A stretch of DNA of 43,256 nt from a virus (taxonomy: Duplodnaviria; Caudoviricetes). The translations under genes and the position numbers were made by a program. Positions within the stretch are counted from its first letter, which is position 1, and every line of letters starts with the position of its first letter. The stretch is taken from positions 1 to 43,256 of IMG/VR virus record IMGVR_UViG_3300032289_000612; one strand, written 5' to 3'. The notes beneath the pieces were generated by a model, which searched no databases, was not told the DNA's origin, and saw only the letters and a list, made by a program, of their open reading frames with translations. This document shows positions 1 through 9,124 of this stretch, piece by piece.

Positions 1-119
1 GGGGGTAGGAATAACAATACTATTCTTTACTTTAAAATCTTTATTTGCCAACTCAGTTCACGTATCCCCTAGTTATATATATATATTATATCAGTATTAA
101 ATTAAAGACCTGCTTTTTA

Positions 120-1700
120 TTAAAAAGTTATACTGCCTGATGCGTTAAATGTGTAAATATAATATGAGCCAGATGTTGTGGATACTGGAGATCCTGTTGT
201 AGCTGCTGCTGCTTGTAAAGCACGAATAATTACTACCCCGCTACCACCACCTCCATTGCTAGAAGTATATGCACCACCACCGCCACCTCCTGTATTATCT
301 GTTCCACTTGTTCCAGGATTGCTAGCTCCATTACCAGCTCCTCCGCCTCCAGCTCCACCAGGATTTGAACCAGTATCAGAACCACCACCACCGCCACCAC
401 CAGCACGAGTTACAGAAGTTCCTGTAATTGATGATGCAGCACCAGCACCTCCAGCACCTCCTCTACCTGAAGTATAACCACCGCCAGTTGAATCTACACC
501 TACAGCGCTGGCACCACCTCCGCCACCGCCACCAAGTCTATCATTACTTGAAAATCCACCAGCAAAACCTTGACCTGCAGTTCCTGCGCCACCTATAGAA
601 CCTGCACCTACTCCACCTGAGTTTCCACCACGACCACCACCTGAACCGCCTACACGTCCGTTGCCTGTATTAACGGAACCACCGCCACCGCCACCTATTG
701 TTGTAATTGAAGAAAATACCGAACCAGTTCCGTCGCTTCCTCCAGAATACTGGCCACCACCACTACCACCACCACCAACAGTAATTGGATATGCTAATCC
801 TGTACCTATTGTAAGGGATCCTGTTAGGTAACCACCTGCACCTCCTCCTCCGCCGTAAGGAGATGCACCTCCACCTCCGCCAGCGATAACAAGATAGTCA
901 ACTGAAATGTTAACAAATGGAGAAATAGAATTTGATGCAGAACTGTATAAACTATTTCCATTAGCGTTTGTAGCCCTTGCTGTAAATGTATAAGCTTGTC
1001 CTTCTATAAAAGTACCACTTACTGCCATTGGGCTAGAAGTTCCAGAATAAGTAAGTGCCACTGATGGACTGCTTACAATATTATAAGATGTAATTGCTGA
1101 TCCACCATCATTTACTGTAAATGGAATAGAAACTTGTGTAGAACTAACTTTAGTTACAGTTCCTAATACTGGAGCTTGCGGAACTGTAGTAACTGTAACT
1201 GAATTTGATGCAGATGAAGCCAATGAATTTCCATATCCATTAGTTGCAACTGTTGTAAACGATGCAGAAGTTCCAGTTGGTATTCCAGTTACTAAAATTG
1301 GTGAAGATGCCCCTGACCCTGAATATCCACCAGAAAGAGAAGTTGCGGTAAAAGATGAAACTAATCCGCCTCCAGCACCTGGTGTTAATGTTACTGAAAC
1401 TGCTCCATTATTATAAGGCCTATCTGTTCCAACGTTTGTAGCTGTGCCAATTGTTGGTGATGTTGGAATTACACCAAGTTGTGACCAACCACTAGCAGTA
1501 TAAACCTCAATATATCCAGTTTGAGTATTTGAATATAAATCTCCTAATGTTGGAGATGCTGGCTTACTTGCTGTATTTCCTCTTGTTGTATGACCATTTG
1601 CAGCTGTTGCATGATTAGAGATTGCAGTAGCAGTTTCAACGTCCGTGCCTAATACGCTGGCGGCAGTTAAAATTGATGCTACATCTCTAGCTCTTGTCAT
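120..1700 (-). CDS. Glycine-rich tail fibre/virion protein with fibronectin type III domains
   Basis: 526 aa; FN3-like segments (VPQAPVLGTV...YTFTARATNANG) and a C-terminal 'VDYLVIAGGGGG...GGSGVVIIR' Gly-rich domain typical of aquatic phage tail proteins. Confidence 0.75.
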   Translation of the reverse strand: MTRARDVASILTAASVLGTDVETATAISNHATAANGHTTRGNTASKPASPTLGDLYSNTQTGYIEVYTASGWSQLGVIPTSPTIGTATNVGTDRPYNNGAVSVTLTPGAGGGLVSSFTATSLSGGYSGSGASSPILVTGIPTGTSASFTTVATNGYGNSLASSASNSVTVTTVPQAPVLGTVTKVSSTQVSIPFTVNDGGSAITSYNIVSSPSVALTYSGTSSPMAVSGTFIEGQAYTFTARATNANGNSLYSSASNSISPFVNISVDYLVIAGGGGGASPYGGGGGAGGYLTGSLTIGTGLAYPITVGGGGSGGGQYSGGSDGTGSVFSSITTIGGGGGGSVNTGNGRVGGSGGGRGGNSGGVGAGSIGGAGTAGQGFAGGFSSNDRLGGGGGGGASAVGVDSTGGGYTSGRGGAGGAGAASSITGTSVTRAGGGGGGGSDTGSNPGGAGGGGAGNGASNPGTSGTDNTGGGGGGAYTSSNGGGGSGVVIIRALQAAAATTGSPVSTTSGSYYIYTFNASGSITF

Positions 1701-1707
1701 TTAATTA

Positions 1708-2109
1708 TTATGCAGGAACATCATGGGATTCCCATGATACTGTTTCTTCATTCCATGTAAAGTACTTGCCTTCTTCAACAGGCATTTCTGTTGGTGCCTG
1801 CCAATTACATGTATCCTCATTTAGAATCCATGAAGCGAATGGCTTTGGCGGAATAAATGCGTCTCTCTGTGAATCATATGAATAACCAATTCCTGCGTAA
1901 TTCTTTCGGAATCCCGCCTCATCTGTAATTTCATTTGTCTCAGGATTTCTACGCTTTCCTGCAATTGAATTGTATGATGTCTTTACCCAAGTTCCACCAA
2001 GATTGTCAATTAACCATTGGTAACCTTCGTCACCATTTGGATCATTATTGTCTCCTACTAGAACTCTTGTTACTACATTATTTTCGTCTAACTCGGCCCA
2101 ATGTGCCAT
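1708..2109 (-). CDS. Conserved phage protein adjacent to tail fibre (MAHWAELD...DAFIPPKPF family)
   Basis: 133 aa, SD-like GGAGG upstream; paralogous to 2167-2556. Confidence 0.7.
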   Translation of the reverse strand: MAHWAELDENNVVTRVLVGDNNDPNGDEGYQWLIDNLGGTWVKTSYNSIAGKRRNPETNEITDEAGFRKNYAGIGYSYDSQRDAFIPPKPFASWILNEDTCNWQAPTEMPVEEGKYFTWNEETVSWESHDVPA

Positions 2110-2166
2110 ATTTATTACCTCCTGTTTAGTATGTCTTATTTTATCATTTATTAAATGATAAGTCTA

Positions 2167-2556
2167 TTATCTATTTACTAAAACTTTAATCCACTCTTGA
2201 TTAAGCTCTGACCATTTCCAGAAATAGCCGTCTGTGTATTCTGGTTGAGGAATTGGTGGCTCCCATTTAAAGGTTTCATAATTTAATTTCCATGATGGAT
2301 AAGGCCTTGGAGCAATAAACGCATCAAAGGTTGAGTCATAAGTATATCCTATAGAAGCAAAGTTTCCTCTGAATGGCACCCCGCCATTTGTATGTGTATT
2401 ATAAAATGTGTTGTAAGAAGTTCTTAAACATTTTTGTTTACGAAAATTACCATACCAAACTTCAGGTCTTTCTCCGTCAATTAGTTCATTTTCATCAATA
2501 CCAGTAATGACTTCTGTAACTATATTATTTTCGTCTAAAAATGCGTAATGTGCCAT
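2167..2556 (-). CDS. Conserved phage protein adjacent to tail fibre (paralog of 1708-2109)
   Basis: 129 aa, shares MAHxAxLDENN, TSYN and DAFIxPxPxxSW motifs. Confidence 0.7.
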   Translation of the reverse strand: MAHYAFLDENNIVTEVITGIDENELIDGERPEVWYGNFRKQKCLRTSYNTFYNTHTNGGVPFRGNFASIGYTYDSTFDAFIAPRPYPSWKLNYETFKWEPPIPQPEYTDGYFWKWSELNQEWIKVLVNR

Positions 2557-4034
2557 TATGAAAAACTCACCGTCCCTGTTCCTGCTGTGAATATTGTTGT
2601 TTTAAAACTTCCAGAAGTAGAAGTAGTAAATGTGAGTCCAGCCCCACCGCCCATAGTTCTAGTAGAATCGTATTTAATTACGACAATACCAGAACCGCCA
2701 GCTGATCCTGCTTGTCCTCCGCCACCTCCATTTGCTGAAGGTCCAGAACCAGTGCCATGTGTAACTGGAGATCCATTGCCACCACCACCACCAGCACGAA
2801 CTACTGCTGTTCCAGTAATGCTACTTGTTAAACCATTGCCGCCAATACCACCAGCATCAGTAACACCACCACCACCTGCGCCTGAACCACCAGCACCACC
2901 TGCGCCGCCTCCGCCACCGCCATAACCTGCAGAATTGCGAAGTTCTCCTCTACCTCCTCCAAAACCTTGACCAGATGTACCGCTACCACCAAAAGTTCCA
3001 GCTGAGCCTCCTCCACCTCCAGAACCACCACTATTTCCATCACCGTTAATAGAAGCACCTCCACCTCCAGCGCTAGATATTTCAGCAAACTGAGAAAAGC
3101 TGCCATTGTTTTTGCCACCAGCTGCGCCACCAGCGCCAACAGTAACAGTATAATTAGTACCTAAAGTTATTGGTGCTTTTGCTTCTGGACTTGAGTTACC
3201 ACCTGATAATTCTCCAGTGACAGAACAGCGATAACCGCCTCCGCCACCGCCTCCGTATGCACCATCACCTCTATTACCGCCTCCACCAGCAACAACTAAA
3301 AAGTCAACAAGGATTAAATTTGGAATTGTAACTGAGTTAGTAGCACTACTTTCTAAGCTGGTACCGTTAGCATTTGTTGTTTTTACTTTAAAGGTATAAG
3401 CACTATTTAAATTTAATCCTGTAATTACTAATGATGTAGAAGATATGCTTGCAGCATTAACTGGTGTTTGTGCAGTTGTTCCATTTAAATACGGAGTTAC
3501 AGTAATAGAAGTAAGCGTTTTGCCACCATTTGAACCCAAAGTCCAAGTTACTGTTACATCTGTATTAGAAGCGTTTGTTGTTGCAGTTCCAATTGTTGGA
3601 GATTGTGGAACTGTGGTTAATGTTACGGTAGACTGTGATGCTGCACTTGTTCCAAAAGAGTTACTTGCTGTTCCAAAAAAAGTCCAACTGCCATTATTGC
3701 CAACTGTAATAGTTGAAGTAGTTGATTCACTACTTGCTGCATATCCACCAGTGCTTGAAGTTGTATTAAATGTAGTTACCTTGCCCCCAAGAGTGCCTGG
3801 TGTAAATGTTGCAATTCCTTGTGCTGCTCCATATGCTACACCAGTTCCTACGTCTGCAACTGATATTGTTGGTTGTGATGCTGGAGCAGAAGATGGTAGC
3901 CAATTAGAGCCATCATAAATTTCAAGATATCCTAGTGCTCCGTTATAAAACACTTGACCTACAGTTGGGCTGCTTGGTCTTGCGGCAGTATTCCCCTTTG
4001 GAACTCCTCCCAAACTTGATAGACTAATTGCCAT
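2556..4034 (-). CDS. Glycine-rich tail fibre/virion protein with FN3 domain
   Basis: 492 aa, same architecture as 120-1700. Confidence 0.75.
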   Translation of the reverse strand: MAISLSSLGGVPKGNTAARPSSPTVGQVFYNGALGYLEIYDGSNWLPSSAPASQPTISVADVGTGVAYGAAQGIATFTPGTLGGKVTTFNTTSSTGGYAASSESTTSTITVGNNGSWTFFGTASNSFGTSAASQSTVTLTTVPQSPTIGTATTNASNTDVTVTWTLGSNGGKTLTSITVTPYLNGTTAQTPVNAASISSTSLVITGLNLNSAYTFKVKTTNANGTSLESSATNSVTIPNLILVDFLVVAGGGGNRGDGAYGGGGGGGYRCSVTGELSGGNSSPEAKAPITLGTNYTVTVGAGGAAGGKNNGSFSQFAEISSAGGGGASINGDGNSGGSGGGGGSAGTFGGSGTSGQGFGGGRGELRNSAGYGGGGGGAGGAGGSGAGGGGVTDAGGIGGNGLTSSITGTAVVRAGGGGGNGSPVTHGTGSGPSANGGGGGQAGSAGGSGIVVIKYDSTRTMGGGAGLTFTTSTSGSFKTTIFTAGTGTVSFS

Positions 4035-4463
4035 TTATGCCATCCTCCATCCATATGTTGATCCTGTGTATAAAAATAATGCTGCTCCGCCATCTACATC
4101 AATAGTTGCGTCTTGTGTTACTCCATTGATCTTCCCGCCACTTACTATTGTAATATTATACGTTCCCGACGTTCCTGATGCATCAACAATTTGTATTTCA
4201 TTTCCAACTAAAGGAGATGTTGGTAAAGTTAATGTTCTTGCTGCTGTTGTATCTACAAAATATCTTGTTCCCGCCACTAATGTTATATTTGAATTAATTG
4301 AAGAGTTTATTACTGCTGGTGCGCCTGCAGCCCCTTGTGCTCCAGTAGTTCCTTGGGCACCAGTTGTTCCCTGTGTGCCAGTAGTTCCCTGAGCACCGAC
4401 GGGGGTAGAAATAGCAAGATCTTGCCATGCTGTTCCATCATATACTCTAACAACTTTACCCAT
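4035..4463 (-). CDS. Short collagen-repeat tail fibre-like protein
   Basis: 142 aa; G-x-Q/G-T-T triplets then an 'RYFVDTTAARTLTLP...GDxI' type tail-fibre repeat. Confidence 0.65.
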   Translation of the reverse strand: MGKVVRVYDGTAWQDLAISTPVGAQGTTGTQGTTGAQGTTGAQGAAGAPAVINSSINSNITLVAGTRYFVDTTAARTLTLPTSPLVGNEIQIVDASGTSGTYNITIVSGGKINGVTQDATIDVDGGAALFLYTGSTYGWRMA

Positions 4464-4467
4464 GATA

Positions 4468-4647
4468 TTATTCAGTCACCTCTACTGGAATTGGAAAGTA
4501 TACTCCGCCATCTATACCATTATTATAATCCCACCCATTTGTATATTCAATATACTTGTCAGGATTAGCAGCAACTACTTCATCTTCTACGCCAACAATA
4601 ATGTTGACTACTTTGTTATCTTCAATAACTGCAAATACTCTTTCCAT
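4468..4647 (-). CDS. Hypothetical protein (59 aa, MERVFAVIEDNKVVNIIV...), not in ORF track
   Basis: Manual translation; GGAGA SD upstream; fills the gap between neighbours. Confidence 0.75.
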   Translation of the reverse strand: MERVFAVIEDNKVVNIIVGVEDEVVAANPDKYIEYTNGWDYNNGIDGGVYFPIPVEVTE

Positions 4648-4656
4648 AGTTATCTC

Positions 4657-5151
4657 CTATACCCAGTATTCAATTTCAATTTTGCCTGCGCCACCATTAC
4701 CACCACTGGCGGTGCTGCCACCACCAGGACCACCACCATTACCAGCACCTTGTCCAGCAGCAGCAGTAGCACCTCCACCATTAGCAGAACCACCACCATT
4801 ACCACCAGCAGCACTTGTCGCGCCAGCAAATGTTGTTGAACCACCACTATTACCAGCAGAACCACCAGGATTAGCACCAGCACCACCACCACCACCAGCA
4901 CCAATGGCATAGGTAATTGTTTCACCAGGCGTGGTTGCTAAATTAGTTGCAATAACACCTCCACCAGCACCAGCAGTACCACTGGCACCAGCATTGCCAG
5001 CGCTTCCCCCGCCACCACCACCAGCACCAAATAAAGTTACATTAACATAAGTAACACCAGCAGGAACAGTCCAAGAAGTACCAGAGGTAAGTGTTGTTAC
5101 ATATCTAGTTTTACTTGCTGCGCTTGGCGCAGGAAATACTGAGATACCCAT
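4657..5151 (-). CDS. Glycine-rich tail protein
   Basis: 164 aa, 'SWTVPAGVTYVNVTLFGAGGGGG' Gly-rich domain. Confidence 0.7.
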   Translation of the reverse strand: MGISVFPAPSAASKTRYVTTLTSGTSWTVPAGVTYVNVTLFGAGGGGGGSAGNAGASGTAGAGGGVIATNLATTPGETITYAIGAGGGGGAGANPGGSAGNSGGSTTFAGATSAAGGNGGGSANGGGATAAAGQGAGNGGGPGGGSTASGGNGGAGKIEIEYWV

Positions 5152-5468
5152 TATACAATTTCCATTCCGCTAATATGAAGATTAATTGTTGTAGCAGATG
5201 CTCCGCCTGTAATTGTTTTTGGTGTAGCATTTGCTGGAATAACCTGCTTACAATCAATATAAATTGTTGTCTTTGCTGCAATGTCTGTTGTTGTATGTAA
5301 TGCTACTCCATCGATGGCAAGTGTGAATGTTCCTGCTGATGAGGCAGTATTTGTTACAGCAATGTTTGTTACAACTGTTGTTGTTGATGTAGTTGGAACT
5401 GTGTATAAAACTGTAGCGGTATTTGTTGTAGCCGCTCCTCTAAATAATGATTTTGCTGTATTTGCCAT
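5151..5468 (-). CDS. Virion structural beta-rich protein
   Basis: 105 aa, overlapping stop/start coupling within the tail operon. Confidence 0.6.
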   Translation of the reverse strand: MANTAKSLFRGAATTNTATVLYTVPTTSTTTVVTNIAVTNTASSAGTFTLAIDGVALHTTTDIAAKTTIYIDCKQVIPANATPKTITGGASATTINLHISGMEIV

Positions 5469-6271
5469 TAGTATGCTCCCATTATATTTGCTATTTCAAT
5501 ATCGTTAACTCTTGTAATTGTAGCATAAGTTGAACCTGCATTTGATTGTGTCAAATATGTAGATGCTGCAGTTGAAGATGTTAGATAAGATGATAAATCA
5601 ATTGTGGCCCAAGATGATGCTGTGCCATTTGTTGTTAAATATTTGCCGTTATTCCCAGTTTGGGAAGGGACGGCAGTTAAAATTCTTGAATTAATTTCTG
5701 CCTGTGTATATGTATTAGTAGGAGAAAGAAGAACTATTGTTACTACATCAAGGATATCATTTACTGCCGCCCCAGATCCTAATGTAATTGTATTTGAATT
5801 TGAGGTTGTATAATCAGATGTTCTAACAAGTAAAATACCATTAAGAAATACCTGCTCATATCCGTCTGTAAATGTATTTGTAGTTGTAAATACAGTCTGT
5901 GCTGCTGTAGCAGTAAATGTCTGACGGCTATAAATTGATGGGCTAAATGCATCTGAAGATGAATCTGAATCCACCCAAATTTGTCCAGTTACTGGATTAG
6001 ATGGTTCAGATGTTTGATAAACTGGAGATAATACTTGATTCCATTGTGTAGTTGTACCATTTGTCTGTAGGTAGTAATTTATGTTATTTGTTTGAAGGGG
6101 TAGCAGGGCGTTTAAGGCGTTTCCAGCGGTTGTCTGTCCTGTTCCACCCTCTGAAATTGCTAGGGTGGCAGAAGAGCTTATAACGCCAGATGAATCAGTT
6201 TTTACAATTCCCGCTGTAGACAGTGAGGGAATAACTAATCCATTCTTTACCTTAAAGTCTTTATTAGACAT
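5468..6271 (-). CDS. Tail fibre-like protein
   Basis: 267 aa; 'PSQTGNNGKYLTTNGT' repeats and a 'VFLNGILL...DYT' domain. Confidence 0.65.
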   Translation of the reverse strand: MSNKDFKVKNGLVIPSLSTAGIVKTDSSGVISSSATLAISEGGTGQTTAGNALNALLPLQTNNINYYLQTNGTTTQWNQVLSPVYQTSEPSNPVTGQIWVDSDSSSDAFSPSIYSRQTFTATAAQTVFTTTNTFTDGYEQVFLNGILLVRTSDYTTSNSNTITLGSGAAVNDILDVVTIVLLSPTNTYTQAEINSRILTAVPSQTGNNGKYLTTNGTASSWATIDLSSYLTSSTAASTYLTQSNAGSTYATITRVNDIEIANIMGAY

Positions 6272-6281
6272 TAGTTACCCC

Positions 6282-8819
6282 TTAAAGTGCTACTTTGCTG
6301 AATTTAACCGTTACATTTGTACTTGAAGCATCTGTTGCTGTTACCTGCAATACTGCATTCGTTGAAGATACTGCTGCTGAAACAACTACTCCTGCAATTG
6401 TTCCACCAGTTTCTGTAATTGCAAATTCTGTCATATCTACAGAAGTTCCGTCAGTCTGAACAATTACCTTAGATGTTCTAACCTTTGAACCCTGCTTTAA
6501 TGAAACCATATATTCAATTGATGTAAATGCTGACAATGCTGTGGTGTCTACAGTTTCTACTGTATTTCCAGTAACAGTGTCTGTTCCAGTTACAATTGGT
6601 ACTACTAATGTTCCCCATGAAGCAGATGTTCCATCTGTTGTTAGGTACTTACCTGAATTTCCTGATTGAGAAGGAAGACTGATTGGTGCTGCCGCCCACT
6701 CAACTCCATTAGTTGCAGCTGAGTTTGCTGTGAGCAGATACCCGTTTGTGCCAACTGCAAGTTTAGCTGGTGTATTGTCAGCTGAAGCAACTAAGATATC
6801 TCCCTTAGTATCAAATAAGGATTCGTCTACCTTTAGGTCTAATGCTGTTTGAGTTGCTGTTGAAACTGGCTTGTTAAGATCTGATGTATTATCTACATTA
6901 GATAAATCTGCTAATGCCTTATATGTTGCAAAGGTTGTTCCAGTAACTACTGATCCCGCCATTGATGAATGATATTGGCAGGCGTAATATAATTGTGGCG
7001 CATTAGAAGCAAGTTCTACAATAATGTGTCCACTTTGTGTTCCATTATTTGTAATTCCCGTGCTATATACGCTTCCAGAATTATATGCTCCAGAAGAAGT
7101 TTGAATCCAGAAAGGGTGTCCAGTAGCGTTTACATGAACTCTATATTTCTTACCCTTTTCAAAATAGATAGTTCCGTTAGAAACTCCATTTACTAAATAT
7201 GCTCCAGATCCAGAATTAGTAATATAGTAATCTACTGCAGGATCTGCAATATTTACTCTGCTATCTAATTGGGTTTGAATTGCAGATGTTACTCCGTCTG
7301 TATAGTTAATTTCTGTTGATGTGGCTGTAATTGCGACATCCTCATTTATTTTTGGAGAAGTAAGAGTTTTCCCTGTAAGGGTTTGTGTATCTGAGGTTCC
7401 AACAATGTCTCCTGATGGAACTGATTTTCCTAAAACTGTAGTAGATGTTAAAACATTTGTATTATTTATTTTAAATGTTTTTCCAGTAGCAAGGTCTATG
7501 TTTTCTGAAGAAGTCCAAGAATCACTTGCGTCTACCCAGTTAAATGTTTTATCTGTTGCGCCCTTAAGAGTAATACCGCCACCATCAGCAGTTGTATCTG
7601 TTGGTGTTGCCGTATCTCCAAGAACAATATTCTTGTCTTCTATAACAAGGTTAGTTGAGTTAAGGTTTGTTGTTGTTCCGCTTACAGTTAAGTTACCTGA
7701 AAGAGTTAGGTCTGTTCCAGATACTGCTCCTGTAAATGTAGCGCCTGCTAAAGGAGCGTATGAAGATAATGCAGATGTTAAGGCAACTGTTCCAGATGCA
7801 TCTGGAAAAGTAATTGTTCGGTCTGCAGTTGGGTCTGTGAATGAAAGAGTTGTTTCGCTTGAATCTGCTGTAGCACCCTCTACAATTATTGATCCGTCTG
7901 TAACTGTTAGTCCTGAAATTAATGGAGATGTAAGAGTTTTATTTGTAAGTGTTTGTGTGGCTGTTTCTGTAACACTTCCCCCTGTTGCCGCAGAAATATC
8001 TCCCAGTAGGGCAACTGTTCCAGTTACGTCTTGGAATGTAATTGTTCTGTCTGCAGTAGGATCGGTAAAGGCAAGCGTGGTTTCAAAACCATCTGCGGTT
8101 GCTCCCTCAATAACAATTGATCCGTCTGTAATCTGCAAGCCTGATACTAATGGGCTTGTTAAGGTCTTGTTGGTTAATGTATTTGTACTTGATGATGTTA
8201 TAAAAGATGTTAAGTCTGTGGTTAATGCTAAAGTGCCTGTTGCATCTGGAATTGTAATTGTACGATCTGCTGTAGGCTCTCCTACAGTTAATGTTGTCTC
8301 AAATGAATCTGCTACCGCACCTTCAAAGACAATGCTTGCATCAGATAAAGATAATCCAGAAACTGTTGGATTTGTTAAAGTCTTGTTTGTTAGTGTATTT
8401 GTTGAATCTGCCAATACTACTGTACCAGTAGCATCTGGAAATGTAATTGTTCTATCTGCTGTAGGATCTGTGAATACTACAGTTGTTTCATTTGTATTAT
8501 CTGTTGTACCTTCAATAATAAATCCTGGACCTAGAATTAATGCATTTCCGCTTGCATCCATTTCTACTATCCCGCCCTTTACTCCTACGCTTGTGGTTTC
8601 TACGTAGTCTCCAAGAGAGCTTGCTAATCCTGCTGGGGTAACATTAGAATATGATGAAATGCTGTTCCATGCTGTTCCAACAGTCGGGGCAGTTACTGCA
8701 GGACCAATTTTAAATTTACCTGTATCTGTTTCTATTCCCATTTCACCTGGATATAGTAGTGGATTATTTGTTGTCCAGTTACTTGCGGTGTCTCTTCTTA
8801 ATTGAATTCTAATTGCCAT
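6282..8819 (-). CDS. Long tail fibre with Mtd-N-like N-terminus, internal repeats and a cupredoxin-like domain
   Basis: Start moved to MAIRIQLRRD (8819); RIQLRRDT...GEMGIETDTGKFKIG matches the major-tropism-determinant N-terminal motif; four ~76-aa repeats; GHPF...YYACQYHSSM. Confidence 0.75.
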   Translation of the reverse strand: MAIRIQLRRDTASNWTTNNPLLYPGEMGIETDTGKFKIGPAVTAPTVGTAWNSISSYSNVTPAGLASSLGDYVETTSVGVKGGIVEMDASGNALILGPGFIIEGTTDNTNETTVVFTDPTADRTITFPDATGTVVLADSTNTLTNKTLTNPTVSGLSLSDASIVFEGAVADSFETTLTVGEPTADRTITIPDATGTLALTTDLTSFITSSSTNTLTNKTLTSPLVSGLQITDGSIVIEGATADGFETTLAFTDPTADRTITFQDVTGTVALLGDISAATGGSVTETATQTLTNKTLTSPLISGLTVTDGSIIVEGATADSSETTLSFTDPTADRTITFPDASGTVALTSALSSYAPLAGATFTGAVSGTDLTLSGNLTVSGTTTNLNSTNLVIEDKNIVLGDTATPTDTTADGGGITLKGATDKTFNWVDASDSWTSSENIDLATGKTFKINNTNVLTSTTVLGKSVPSGDIVGTSDTQTLTGKTLTSPKINEDVAITATSTEINYTDGVTSAIQTQLDSRVNIADPAVDYYITNSGSGAYLVNGVSNGTIYFEKGKKYRVHVNATGHPFWIQTSSGAYNSGSVYSTGITNNGTQSGHIIVELASNAPQLYYACQYHSSMAGSVVTGTTFATYKALADLSNVDNTSDLNKPVSTATQTALDLKVDESLFDTKGDILVASADNTPAKLAVGTNGYLLTANSAATNGVEWAAAPISLPSQSGNSGKYLTTDGTSASWGTLVVPIVTGTDTVTGNTVETVDTTALSAFTSIEYMVSLKQGSKVRTSKVIVQTDGTSVDMTEFAITETGGTIAGVVVSAAVSSTNAVLQVTATDASSTNVTVKFSKVAL

Positions 8820-8820
8820 T

Positions 8821-9120
8821 TTATGCTGTTCCCCCATCTATTGAATCATTAAATTCTGTTGTTGCTCCCCCACCATTTATTGAAACTACATAGTCATTAT
8901 TTTCTGCGTAATTTCCATAATCAACGGTTCTAATATCACCATCTGTGTAGTGTGTATGGCCCAAAATTGCTTTTGGGCCAGCCACATCATACCAAACTTC
9001 TCCGTTATATGCCTTAATAGTTCTTTCTTCTGTATTATAATACATTTGACCAGTTATTGGATTAGCTGGCGGTGTAGCCATATTAACCAATACTATCGGA
9101 GTTAAGAACTTTTTGGCCAT
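8821..9120 (-). CDS. Small tail-associated protein
   Basis: 99 aa, 'PANPITGQMYYNT' motif shared with adjacent fibres. Confidence 0.6.
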   Translation of the reverse strand: MAKKFLTPIVLVNMATPPANPITGQMYYNTEERTIKAYNGEVWYDVAGPKAILGHTHYTDGDIRTVDYGNYAENNDYVVSINGGGATTEFNDSIDGGTA

Positions 9121-9124
9121 ATTT

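Noticed and set aside
6282-8819. Diversity-generating retroelement suggested by the Mtd-N domain
   Set aside because: No reverse transcriptase and no adenine-specific TR/VR pair seen in the window
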